The notes under the pieces are model-generated. The model searched no databases and was not told where the DNA came from. It saw only the letters and a list, made by a program, of their open reading frames with translations. A DNA stretch of 63,921 nt, the filler included, from Rhabdomonas costata (taxonomy: Eukaryota), in the NCBI GenBank assembly GCA_019059605.1. It is 22 parts of 22 records of this genome, joined end to end, with 100 filler letters (N's around TTAATTAATTAA, not from the genome) between each part and the next. Parts side by side here need not be neighbours in the genome. Positions count along the whole stretch, not along the records: positions 23,325 to 26,135 come from JAHMHO010002001.1; positions 26,236 to 29,049 come from JAHMHO010002002.1; positions 29,150 to 31,963 come from JAHMHO010002003.1; positions 32,064 to 34,879 come from JAHMHO010002004.1; positions 34,980 to 37,790 come from JAHMHO010002005.1; 17 more parts are not named here. One strand, written 5' to 3'. The first letter of the stretch is position 1, and each line of letters starts with the position of its first letter. The position numbers and the translations under genes are program-made. Of this stretch, positions 23,954 through 35,827 are shown piece after piece.

Positions 23954-25701
23954 CATCGACCGACGCAGAGGCCAGAAACCGCCCACACGGCGAGAAGCTC
24001 ACCGAGGGGATGTTGTGTTGGTGTCCCCGCAGTGTGGTGACAGCACCGCGGGACACTGGAAGTTCCGAACTCGAGGAAGAGGATGCCGAGGACGAGGACG
24101 ACGACAAGGACGACGAGTCAGTGCCAGTTGAGCTCGGTGCTGAAAAACGAGAGTATGTCCTGGGGTGAATGTCTATGGCATTTGTGCAGAAGACAGAAAG
24201 TTACAGAGCAACTCAAACAAAGCATCAGAACCAGCCTGACAACTGACAACCATGTTTGGAACATCACGGCTCTTCACGTGGAAAGGGTTCTTGAGCGGCT
24301 TGCGTTTCCGCACCAGAATAAAAAACAAGTAAGCACAAGAAGATCTCGGTGAAGTGAAAAATTAAAACAGGTTGTAACGTGGCTTTTTCCAGTGGCACCC
24401 AGCGTCATAGCAATGAATGGCGTGGTGCACATGCATGGCCACCTGAGGACTGCTCCAGGGTCCGCAGGGCATGAGGTGGAAACCCCGCCCAGACAATCTC
24501 GTGAGCGTTACTGCCCACGGCCCACCGGGGTGGCGTTCCAGCCGGGGCCCATCCCCCGTGCACCGCGGGGCTCCACGAGGGCCCCCGGTTCCGCAGCACC
24601 ATAATGGCACCGGCTTGGGAACCGCTGCGGGCATCGACCTGGATCGGCGAGGGGTGGGGGTCGGGTGGGGTTCGAGAATGCACCACTAATGCGGTGGTTA
24701 GTACGGCGGCGCAGTCGTGGCAGCACATCAGAAAGCACAGAAACATCCAAAACAATGGAATGAAACTTCAATAGGAAAGCAACCAAAAGACAACCGCCAG
24801 ACTGTTGTACCCATTCCCCTAGCGTCTCGCTGGCGACTCCATACCCAAATTCAAAGGTAGCAGCACTGCTGCAATGCTGCAACAATCCGGCGGTCGTGTA
24901 CAGCCAGGGGTCCGCAGGGGAAACGGTGACACATAGCGCGGAACACTTGGGGACCCACCCGAGCAGAGCAGTAGACAATCGCTAAAGAAAGGTACAGTCT
25001 GGGCAGAGTGTTCGGCAAATAAAGCAGGCTGTCGAAAGGTCACACCACAGCAATGTGGGCTTCCTGGGTGACCGCAATGATCACGGGCCTGCCGGGGGAT
25101 AGACTCCCTGCCAAGATCTGGTTAATCGTCACAGAATCGGCAGTAGCTCCAAGGATGAAGACCTGCGAAGTATGCACAACGGAATGGAATGCCAATTTTG
25201 GGGTGAATGGGAAAGGAAGTGGCAAAAAAATGCACGTACGGACCATAAGGCATCATAAAACAGACAACATCCCAAAAGTAAGATGTGGAACATGTTAGAA
25301 ACTTCGGGTTCGGAGGCTGGCAGTGGATTGTTTATAACTCGCAAAGGAGTCATTTTCGGAGGAGCCGAAAATGCGTGCACTCCTCCCTAAGGGCTATCCT
25401 GTCGCCGTATGTGCGCGGCCTTCCTCTCTCTCTCTCTCTCTCTCTATGCGCAATGGTTTCTGTCGTCTTTCAGTTTTTCAGTTTAGGTTCAGTGTCTTCT
25501 GATCTCGGCTGCCCATTTCCACGCAGGCACACCGTCTCAGGGTGAACTTGTGAAGCTCGTCGGGGAATGGGCAGCCGGTAGACCAGGACGGTACCTTCGC
25601 AGGCCACGAAGAGGCGCTCGGCTCCTGACTCTCCACCCACCGCGGTGGAGTTCATTCCCCAGAAGGCATCCCCGTGGGGGTACTGAGCGCCTACCAACTC
25701 A
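23954..25701 (-). CDS. WD40-repeat protein, CRT10-like (partial, about 4 exons)
   Basis: Exonic peptides RLFVACEGTVLVY, TINQILAG, WAVGSNAHEI and LRGHQHNIPSVSFSPCGRFLASASVDG. Some exon boundaries are approximate. Confidence 0.72.
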
Positions 25702-26285
25702 CTGAACGAAAAGCAAAGGAGCCAGAGCTGAAGGAGTGCGCTCTACCAACCTCTCTCACTCTCATCTCTCCCTGCGCAGTGCCACAAACACACTCCTAAT
25801 AAACAGCGACATGGGGAATAATTCGTTTTTCATTTCATGATGACACTTCCTTTTGTCTATCAATCTAACATACAATATAGACGAACCGGACCTCCTAAGG
25901 TGTGTGTGTGTGTGTTCATATGTGGGGTGCATGGCGTGCTGGCTGTTGCCTTGGGTGGTGACCGCAATGGACTGACGCACGCGCTGTCGGCAGCGGGCGC
26001 AAGCAAGAGTTACATTTGGAGCGATCGGTGTCATGAGGTGCCAGCTCCCCGCCAAGCCATCCACAAGCGGTATCCCTTCCGACCTGCGGGACCCGCCTAT
26101 TTGTTGCGCAGCTACTTCTTTCCACCACACCCCCCNNNNNNNNNNNNNNNNNNNNNNNNNNNNNNNNNNNNNNNNNNNNTTAATTAATTAANNNNNNNNN
26201 NNNNNNNNNNNNNNNNNNNNNNNNNNNNNNNNNNNTTGTTGTGTGTCACTTTTCATCTCTGCTCACTGAACATGCAGTGATTGCG

Positions 26286-27703
26286 ATGGCGGGTGGCCTT
26301 GGGATGGCCTTTGCTGTCGCCTCCAGGGGCCTTTGCAGGACAGCTCTGGTTCGCGCCGGAGTCCGTGCCTCTCTTCAGGCCAAGCCGGCAGCTCGATTGG
26401 TTCCGGTACAGGTGCGCTGGCACGGCATTCACAGCCATGGACACGGCCATGGACATGGGCACGGGCTAGAGCACAGCCCACCGAGTCCCTTGCCTGGGAA
26501 GGACGCCGATGCTGCTCCTGGAAAATATGAGGGTGCCACGAGCGGCGGCAATAAGCTGACCAGTGCACAGGGTCATGACCTCTGCCAGAGAATAGCGCTG
26601 ATCGGCGGAGCTGTGAACGTTGTGTTGTGTGCTGTGAAGGCGTACGCAGGGTATATCGGGAACTCACCCGCGATGATCGCGGATGCAGCGCACTCCTTCG
26701 GCGACCTGGTATGTGGGACCACGTAGGTGATTTGGCGCTTGCGCAGTGCCCTCTTGCTCGATCGCTTTGCTGTTTGTGGGAATGGGAGATGGGGCATGAA
26801 TAGAGAAGGTTTTTCGCGTGCAGATATGCCCTCTACCCCATTCCACCCCCCCAAAAAGCTCAGCTTGCAAATGAAAACTGTGTCGAAAGGAGGGGGGGGG
26901 TTCTCTAAACCACTCAGCTCAGCGATGTGGTTTCGCTGTTCGCCATTCGGTACGCACGGATGCCACCGGACAGCGACCACCATTTCGGCCACCGCAAGTA
27001 TGAAAGCGTTGGCGCGCTGACGATCTCTGGCCTACTGATCCTCACCGCATACGAGATCTCCCAGAGCAGCGTGGTCACCCTGTACAACGTGTTCACTGCC
27101 ACAGAGGAAGCGGTGTGGAGATCTACGGTTTCTCACGACACGCTCTGCATCAGTACAAGAGAGGGTATTAGTGTTAACGACGTCGTTATTTCCGGAGGTT
27201 AATAAGGTTATTCTGGCCCCAAGCTGAGATGAGATGGAAGGATCGTCGTATGAGAGCGATTGGATGGTTTGGGAACCGGATTGGCAAAGTGGAACGGAGG
27301 TGGAATATATATACAACTAACAATAATGGAGCTGATTTAGCTTAGAATAGAATGGTTTGTGTCTTTGCACCTCTTTATTGAAACCGTCTTAAACCATACT
27401 GCTGCCGTTTTTTCTATTGCGGCGACCGATGTTTGCTGTTGCGTTTTCCTCTTTGGCACGCCTCGGAGACAGCAATATCGAATCCTCTTGCGGGGTTGGT
27501 CGCAGACCGGCGGGGTATCGAGCCTCCCTCTGATGGCCGCTGTTCTCTCCGTGGTGGTGAAGGAGTTCCTCTACCGGGTGACTTACCGCATTGGGGTGAA
27601 TGCAAACTCCAACGTGACGGTGGCCAACGCCATCCACCACCGCTCGGACGCGCTCTCCTCGGTGGTGGCGTTCATTGGGATCGGGGCCGGCATGGCAGGA
27701 AGC
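26286..27703 (+). CDS. Cation diffusion facilitator metal transporter, mitochondrial MMT-like (3'-partial)
   Basis: Exons 26286-26708, 26918-27112 and 27507-~27703. Presequence-like N-terminus, HGHGHGH, ADAAHSFGDLLSD, HHFGHRKYE, NAIHHRSDALSS. Confidence 0.92.
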
Positions 27704-29149
27704 GTTCTGGGGCTGAACCTCGCATGTTGGTTTCAAAGAGGGGCCGTTACCTTAACAAGGGTGCGCCTTTTTTCCATTTGAGAGATGGCGGGTGTGCATG
27801 CTGCCCAAGATGGAGCGCGGAGCATGTCCCTTCTTTCCCATGTGAAAGCCCCCTGAAAATGCGTGGCATCCCCTTTTTTGTTCAGTTCGCCGTTGTTTCT
27901 TTTCCTTCCCAGGTGAGTCGGTGTGTTTCGATCTCCGCCGAGAAAATGGAAAACTGACCGCCAGTCACGTCGTCGGAAGAGGGGGTGGTGAGAAATCAGT
28001 GAGGGCCAAAAAGGTGTGGAGAGAAGCATCCCGTCCATTCCGACGGTGATTTGCCATCTCTTTGCTTTTGTTAGGCTTCGGTTGCCCTCTGGTTAGCTGA
28101 GGGTGTGAAGACCGTTTTGTGCAGTCACAGCGTTGGCTTTCGAGCCTTTCTCCGTCTGCTCAGGGCGCCCGCCCAGAGCTGAATACTCGGGACCTTCCCC
28201 GGGACTTCAGCACGTGCTGCGCGAATCGCCTCCGGAAGCTTGGAGGTGATTACTGACGGGCTTTCAAGAATTGATAAAAGGGTTCTTGCGTGACAGCTCA
28301 TCAGTTACCTTTGGATTGTCTTTATCCTTTGACTGTGTTGTCTCTGTGTCTGTCTTATACCCTCTGCCTTTGGCTTGTGCATACACCCTTGGACGTATGT
28401 AATCTCTGCACTCGGCTGCACCACGGGCCCTGCCTCGGGTTTGATCGTTGCTGTTTTGAAAGCTATTGAGAGCAACCTTTATGCCGGACCCCGGAAGATG
28501 CGGGCCTGTCCCAGTAAATACCAGTCGCTATGGATAGCAGTCTCACCCATAGAAAGTCTCGTTTTGCTGCATTATCTGTGCCGTTGTCGGAACGCCTCTC
28601 AAGAATCGATGCACGAACTCATGGTAGGGGTGAGCCGGTACCCAGTTGCAACACTGACACAGAGGGATCTGGAGGTGAGCACCCCATGACGTACAACGAG
28701 CGTATGCGTCACCCGCCAGCCTGCTCAATGCTATTACGCAGCACACCAGCACTGAGGACAGCAGATCGCCCAGATCGCCAGAAGAGCGAGACGCTCCACC
28801 TCAGCCAGCGCTATGCGCCACACACACAAACACACATACACAGTGATCCCGAGAAGAGGTGGAGAGAGACGAAAGAGAAGACCGCCGCATGCACCCCATG
28901 AATTTGTAGCTTTTTTGTAACCGTCACCGTGAATCGAAGCTTTCCACACCTGGTCGAAGAGTCACTGGAGCAGCCCAGAGAGAGAGAGATGGCATCCCGC
29001 CAGCCATCCAGGCAACAGCCAGCGTGCGCCCGCCCAACGCACAAACACANNNNNNNNNNNNNNNNNNNNNNNNNNNNNNNNNNNNNNNNNNNNTTAATTA
29101 ATTAANNNNNNNNNNNNNNNNNNNNNNNNNNNNNNNNNNNNNNNNNNNN

Positions 29150-30715
29150 AGGGGGTAGGAGTTCTCTTCGGTCATGAAGGCCGTCGGCCCGCTCCAATTG
29201 GTCGCAATCAAGGGCAAACCCATCGCCATAGCCTCAACATCTGCATACACACATGCATCTCACCCAGAAACAAAAAGGGTCAAAAAGTCACCCCTCCGTA
29301 CACTCAAATAAAGAAAAGTAGTGGCCCGAGCTGTTGGGCTCACCTAAATACCCACCTACCCATTTCACTTCAATCTGTGGTTCCGACTTGGCTTCGTTTA
29401 GAGTTTTTTTTAATTATAGCATGGGAAATGGTAGCACTTCGACTTGCCACTTTGCCTTGACATCACCTTGTCACTATTGCACGTTGCTTTGGGGGTGGGG
29501 GTCGCTCCCACTTGTATCCCTTCTTGAACAAACAATCGGTGCGTACGACACATGGACAGTTTTTTTCTGAGCAAGATCGAACTCCACCCCAAAACGGCAG
29601 CAACAATGCGTGCTTTTTTTTGGGGGGGGGCATTCATACGAGGACGACCCCAGCCTTCTCCACGAGATGGAATCACCACTGCGTTCACACTGGAGTATAA
29701 CCTGCGAGTACACCCACCCCGCCATCTTTCGGTGCATTCGGTATGACCTCCTCCATAATTCACAAAAAAAGGAAAGGAAAATGATCAAAACTCAACCTCG
29801 GAAACAAAAGAATAACGTTCCGCATCGAAGTCATGCTGTACATTTGTCCAAATGCTGTATCCAGCAATCATTTCCGGAAAAAAAAAGTAGAACGCATTTC
29901 TGCTACACACCGAAAGACTATTTTTGGGGGCATCTTCATTAAAGGCACCCGCGGGAAGCATCATCAGTAATCCAATAGGAACATCTTCTGAGAACTTAAA
30001 CAGGGCGACATTCATGACGACTCTTGAGAGTGCCCACCAAGAGGAAGAGCTCCTATTAGCAAGCTGCACCCCTTGAGAATTGGAGAGGGGCATTGGGACC
30101 TTGGCATCTCAGACTGGGGGATGTCATCGCCCAGGACCTCTATGGAAGGGACTGAGATATTCCACTGCGCGGAAGCGATGCCTGTGCGCCCACAAAAGTG
30201 CAAAGGGAAAGGGAAAAGTGTGAACTAATGAGCGAGTGGCCCACAGTTCGTGTACGTTGGTCGAGCATGGTGCAGTGTAGAGGCCGATTCTTTCATTCCA
30301 GTGGAACAATGAGCGAGAGTGAGTGAGTGTTGAGTTTCACAAGGAAAATAATCGAGCGTCGAAGTGTGTATAAAACTCATTATTATAATTTCTTTTGCAG
30401 TTTTCCGCAGATTTTTGGCGATCGTAAAAAAGAGAGTAAAAGAAAAGAAAAGAAAGTAATCCCCCGAATCCCCTCAGAGCGCAGCTCGAGAAAGGGAGAG
30501 GTTGAAATTGAGGAGTCTGAGAGAGAGAGAGGAAGAACCCAGGTGCCTTGCGGTGAAGTCCTGCACGGTGGCAGCGAAGTTCTCTTTAGAGTGGAAGTGG
30601 CTCGTCTTGATGTACAGGCACACGTGGTCCCTCCGTGCGTCAAACTCCTCCACGAAGGCCCGCAGCAACACATCCCACCCCTTGCGCGCCTCCCACTTGA
30701 ACACCGAGAGAAAGG
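29150..30715 (-). CDS. Glycosyltransferase family 4 (GT-B) protein (partial)
   Basis: Exons 30715-30539, 30181-30100, 29701-29640 and 29240-29150 splice in phase. Motifs: FLSVFKWEARKGWDVLL and PSRGEGWGRPHVEAMAMGLPLIATNWSG. Confidence 0.92.
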
Positions 30716-30870
30716 CTACCGGAACAAAAAGAGATGTGAGAAAAAACAAAAGGCAGGGTGGAAAATGGAGGGAAAAGGGTGAGTGACTGCGTGAGGGGCT
30801 TCTGCAGAATCCATATCAGCCATGACAAAGCTTCGCCGCGTGCGGAGTCGTTTAGCGAATGGGGATAGCA

Positions 30871-31503
30871 GGAGGAGCGCAGCGACGACGTAAAGGAATA
30901 GGAGGGATGAGCGCAGCGAATCCCGACAAGCATCTTCTTCTGTATTAGGAGGAGGGATGAACGTAGTGAATCCCGACGACATCAACCCTTTCTTCTGTAT
31001 CTGTGAGGGAGCGTACCGCGTAGCGGGGAGCGACCGAACAACGCATTTAGGGAGTGACGAGCGCAGCGAGTCACGACCATCTATTCTTCAACTAAAGGGG
31101 CCCCATGGCATCGACGCAAGGAGATGGCATGGGGTATCAGCATCTATCCCTACATGTATCTGTGAATGCCCGTAACCGTATGCGGTGGAGGGCATGAACC
31201 ACCACATCTAGGGAGCATGCGACCGGCAGGGAGCATGCGACCAGCAGAATATTCCACTGTCGTCGTGAACTCTCGGTCCCTCGAGTCACTCCTCTTACCC
31301 CTCACTCCACCACCATAAGGTGCCTACGTTCGGTCACCCTTAGAACACGTAGCATGAGTGCGTAGCGGTCATGCGTAGTAGTAAGTGCTCCCAAGTCGAG
31401 GAACGTAAGAATCGGAGTATACCCTACGCATAAAAGAAGGCATCATGGGTACGTAGCGATGGTCGGAAGGGCATCGCGTAGTAGTGGGTTCAGCACCGCA
31501 GGT
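30871..31503 (+). other. Array of about 10 non-canonical hairpins (GNA triloops, tandem G.A pairs, GNA/GNA zippers); putative ssDNA structural element
   Basis: Examples: g-GA-gggat-GA-gc-GCA-gc-GA-atccc-GA-c; g-GA-g-GA-gggat-GA-ac-GTA-gt-GA-atccc-GA-c-GA-c; gg-GA-gtgac-GA-gc-GCA-gc-GA-gtcac-GA-cc. Stems covary while the GA/GA opposition is kept. Confidence 0.85.
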
Positions 31504-31639
31504 AGGAATGCATAAAAGGGGTTGGAGGCCTCAGGTTACATCTAGGCATTCTTTCAACGCTGGTAGTAGTGGTTACCTTTACGCACTAACTCACCAGATG
31601 CCCTTCAACCCTCAGACCTCCAACCCCAACATCCCACCA

Positions 31640-31963
31640 CAGAAACAAGAACGCAAGAACCCAACACGTAACTCCGAAACACAAACACTGTAGAAGCACT
31701 GGTAACACGAAGACACAAAGACGTAAACCCGTAGAACCTGAAGACGTAAAAACACGAACCCTGAAATCCACACACGTAACCCCTAAAAACACACTCTGAG
31801 ACAGAAGCACAATACAAGCACTGGTAACACAAACACACCAACCTTGACACCATGAGGACGTAAAACACGAAGACGTAAAACCATGGCCCCAAGAACCCAA
31901 CGTGACACCAACACCCTCTGAGACACAAGCACTAACACAAGGCAGTAACACACAGACACAAAA
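31640..31963 (+). repeat. A/C-skewed degenerate tandem repeat (~122-bp period, ~8-mer subunits)
   Basis: AAGCACTGGTAACAC at 31694 and 31816. CTCTGAGACA at 31794 and 31916. Recurrent ACACGAAG/ACGTAAAA-type units. Confidence 0.8.
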
Positions 31964-32261
31964 NNNNNNNNNNNNNNNNNNNNNNNNNNNNNNNNNNNNN
32001 NNNNNNNTTAATTAATTAANNNNNNNNNNNNNNNNNNNNNNNNNNNNNNNNNNNNNNNNNNNNTGCGGGTTCCCGCGGGTTGGGGGGGGGGCATAATGCG
32101 CAAATACCCAATGCTAATCAATTAAATCTTTTTGGCTTTGCACAAGTCCCGATGGAACCGATTTTATATGGTACCCTCGCTCAGATGCACTACTTTACAG
32201 GACCCTTTTTCCACTGCGTGTGTGTGTGTCTGTTCACGGTGGTTTGGGGGGTCGGGGTTAG

Positions 32262-34879
32262 CTTCGTGATAAGCTCGTGAAGGAGCACGGGCTCAGCGCT
32301 GAGGCCATTGAGGTGCTCGTGGCGGACAGCAACGACCCCAAGGCGCTGGCCGAGCTCGTCCGCAGCACCAAGGTGGTGGCCAGCTCTGTGGGCCCGTTCT
32401 GCCTCCACGGCACTCCTCTGGTGGAGGTGTGCCGCGCGGGCTCGGCTGTTCTCCGGGTGGTGTTTGACAGACAGAGTGAAAGGGAACACGAGCTCAGGGG
32501 GTCCTTTTGCTCCCTTAAATGCGAAATTTTTGGCTGCGGCCGTCAATGAGCTGTTGTGGAATTTCTGTAGTGCTGGAATTAATGACATGTTTTTCTCGCG
32601 TGGAGCGCAACTTTATGAGGGCATATTTTTTTTAGCCTTTTCTGGACATCAAAACGACTTTTTGAACGTGCTGTTGTCGTGGCCAGTAGCAGAATTTTCC
32701 TGTGTTCCAGTTTCAGTTCTTACTTGTACATGACCGCGTCATAATCATCATGTGATCTGGCTCCAGCTTCTGAACTTTGCCTTTTCGAGGGCGGGGGGTT
32801 TCAGCTGTGTGCCGCCCAGGGCACCTCCTACTGCGACACCACAGGGGAGACCAACTGGGTGCGCGAGATGATCGATCGCTTCGATGACACAGCCCGAAAG
32901 ACAGGTGCCTTCTCTATTTGCCTTCGCCATCCTCATTTCAGTGTGGGTCCACTCTGTTTGAGCTGTGAACTCGTGCTTTTTTTTTCAGAGAGTGCAGGGG
33001 TTAGGTGGCGATGCATGGGTCCTCTGGGACTCTTTCCCGAATGTCATGCGCTCCTCGGCCCAGGATCCTGGTGCTTTTTTGGTCATGCGGGTAACAGCGG
33101 GTTGGGGAGCGGGGAAGGGGCATAAATGCTTTTTTGCCTAGGTATCCTGATCACCACCCCTGCCGCCAATTATTAAGATTTCGTGCGCCATTAAGCAGGC
33201 CGCCGATCCCAGCACATGGGGGGTTGTATTCAGGAGCGAAGATTGTCCACTGCTGCGGCCATGACAGTGTCCCATGGGATCTGACCACCAGAGCTGTCGC
33301 CATGGAGCTGAAGAAGCGAGGGGAGAACCTCACAGAGGTGCTTTCGCTTTCTTATCACTCTCCCTCTCTCTCTCTCTCTCTCGCGCGCGCGTTTCTTTCC
33401 AGTCTCGTCATTCCCGCATTTGTCCGTTTTGCTTTTTCCTCGGTCTGTAGCGGACGCGTTGCAATGCCCATCTCCTCCAAACGTGCACTCGTGCGGGAGC
33501 TTTTAGAAAAACATTCACCGCAGGCTTGGTCCGTGGTTGCATTTTATTCGTCTGGCGATGCTCAGAGGATTTATAGGAGCGGTTGGGGAATATTATATAT
33601 GATTCCTTCTCTCTCTCTGTGCGCATGCTCTCGCATATGCTTCACTTCACTGTTATGTGTGGAGAAACGGAAAAAGGTTTAGCGTAAGAACTGCAGGATT
33701 CTGAAGAATCGGCCCGGAATGTGGCCCTGGAGTGCCCCCTCTTCCGTCAGATCCCTGAAAAAGTTAAATGCGGGGTCAAGAATTGAAAGGGCTCCCTTAT
33801 TCAGGTTATTTAGTGTCCGCGTCACCAAATCCCAACTCGAAAAAGAATTGCTCGAAAGAAGACGTTTCGGAATCAGAAGCTAAAGGAAGCTTCTAACTTT
33901 GAATGATGAAGCGGGCCATATATGCTGTGTGGATCTACGTGTGCAGCCCCTGACACCAAGCAAATTGGCTCACACAGGTTCGGTGCTACGATGAGGCCCG
34001 TGGGGGACTTAGCGGAGGCACAGCCGCGACGATCTTTGAGAATGCCGGGCGGCCCCCGTACCACGGCTCCCGGGGTTTCCACCCCATGCTGAAGCTTCCC
34101 TCCGGTATTTGTGTATGTATATGTGTGTTTTTGTCTTACACTGAGTCTGTGCGACCAACTGTACATTTCTGCTCTCTGTACTAGCACAGAACTCCTCTTC
34201 CAGGACCGGACCCATTCGTAGCATCGAACCCTTGTGGGTCTTGAAACACTGGGCAGATGTGGTGATTCCCTCACACATCTGTCAAAACCGCCGAGCAAGA
34301 GGAAACCACAAACTTTTTTCGTGCTCATTTTTTTACAATTACCTCTCGCTGTTCCTCACATTTCTTGTATGCAGCCAAATCTCATGCTTAACTTCCTGCT
34401 CTCATAGGAAAGCCGTCGGGCTGCCGTACGGCAGACAACACGGCGAAGTTCATGAGCTTCTCCAAGGAGATCGGGAAGTGGGTTGGGCCTTTCCCAATGG
34501 TGCGATGCAATGCACCGCCAAAGCCTTGTGTGCCATCTGCCACACACACACACATTCGCACTTGCGATGTGGAGTCTCAAAGACCTGAGCAGCAATGGAG
34601 CAATGCTGGTAGCTGCTGGAAAAGAGCTGCTGCGCGACAATGGCACGGGACCAGAAGAGGGGTTACCATTTGTGAAACGTTCGGGGGTGAGTCGGGCGAG
34701 CACCCGTGGCCAACAGCGCGTGCGCCAGTCAGTCCACACTGGTCACCAACAACAAGCAACCAGTCAACCAGGCAACACCGCCCAACACACGCAGTTGCGA
34801 TGCGAGCTGACGTGTGGGGATTTGCTTTTTGTGCGCAGGCGATGGTTAATGTGGACATAGTGAGGCGCTCCAACCCCCC
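32262..34879 (+). CDS. SCCPDH: Saccharopine dehydrogenase-like oxidoreductase (partial)
   Basis: Exons 32262-32426, 32805-32904, 33234-33337, 33978-34104, 34408-34499 and 34839-34879. Motifs: VGPFCLHGTPLVELCA..GTSYCDTTGE, CCGHDSVPWDL, SGGT, GPFPMAMVN...VRRSN. Confidence 0.9.
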
Positions 34880-35827
34880 NNNNNNNNNNNNNNNNNNNNN
34901 NNNNNNNNNNNNNNNNNNNNNNNTTAATTAATTAANNNNNNNNNNNNNNNNNNNNNNNNNNNNNNNNNNNNNNNNNNNNGCCTCTTGTCTCGCACTGCGC
35001 CTGAGCTAGCAAAAAAAATAGGCATACTAGGTAGGTCGTCTTGATATTGCTTTCTTTCGTTCCCAGAATTTTCAGAGCCAATGTGAGAACCCAGAAGCTA
35101 CGTTTACGAGGGAGCCGTTGCGGAGACACGGAACAACATGCAACTCACAACGTGGGGTATATGAGACAGCACAAGCCAGTTCGACACATTAAACTATACG
35201 CACGACGTGGCAGCGAAAACGGCAGCGGCGTTTTGGTTGGCAGCTGGTTTGCCGGGCAATGGCGGGTGCTAGCCAGTGCGGCGAGACGACGCCTTTGCCG
35301 TGGCTGGGGGTCTCTCGAGAACAGTCTCGACAAGTCCCCACAGCCCGGCGTAGAAGTCAAAGTCCAGAACCACCTGAAGATGGAGGAGCAGGCCTGAAAG
35401 AGGGCCAAAGACCCAATAGGAATCTGAGTTCATGGCTTGACTTCGGAGTGTGGGCGCATCATTCAATCTACAAATGATTCCTACGCCATATATTCTGGCA
35501 AAGGTTGCGAGGGATACATTATAGCCACTGCGCTAACCACTGAGGTCAGATCTTGCAGTGCTGAGCAGACAGTGCGTGTGTGTGTGGGGGGGTGCTCATA
35601 GCGCTGGCTGTTGCCTGATTGACTGACTGTTGGTGACTGGACTGACGGGCCCACGCGCTGTTGGCCTCGGGTGCTCCCGAGACGTTCCATGTCTGGTGAC
35701 CTTCCTACTGCCTCCCGGGTCTCGGGCCTTCTGGCCCACGGGTCGCGCAGCTGCACTTTTCCAACGGCTCCCCTAAATGCTCCATTGCAGAGCACAGAGT
35801 GTGTGTGTGTGTGAGGGAGAACGAGAC

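Noticed and set aside
27690-27710. Possible GA-AG or other non-canonical intron after GIGAGMAG in the CDF gene
   Set aside because: A GT donor (AGC|GTTCTG) and GC alternatives lie within a few bases, and the next exon cannot be identified with confidence.
30871-31250. CRISPR array, or ColE1 vector contamination (GAGCGCAGCGAGTCA resembles a pUC-origin segment)
   Set aside because: No identical repeats and no cas genes. The vector-like match is only about 15 nt within one hairpin, and the flanks are not vector sequence.
33697-33874. Possible MITE with GATTCTGAA / TTCGGAATC ends
   Set aside because: Only a 9-bp imperfect inverted repeat and no target duplication.
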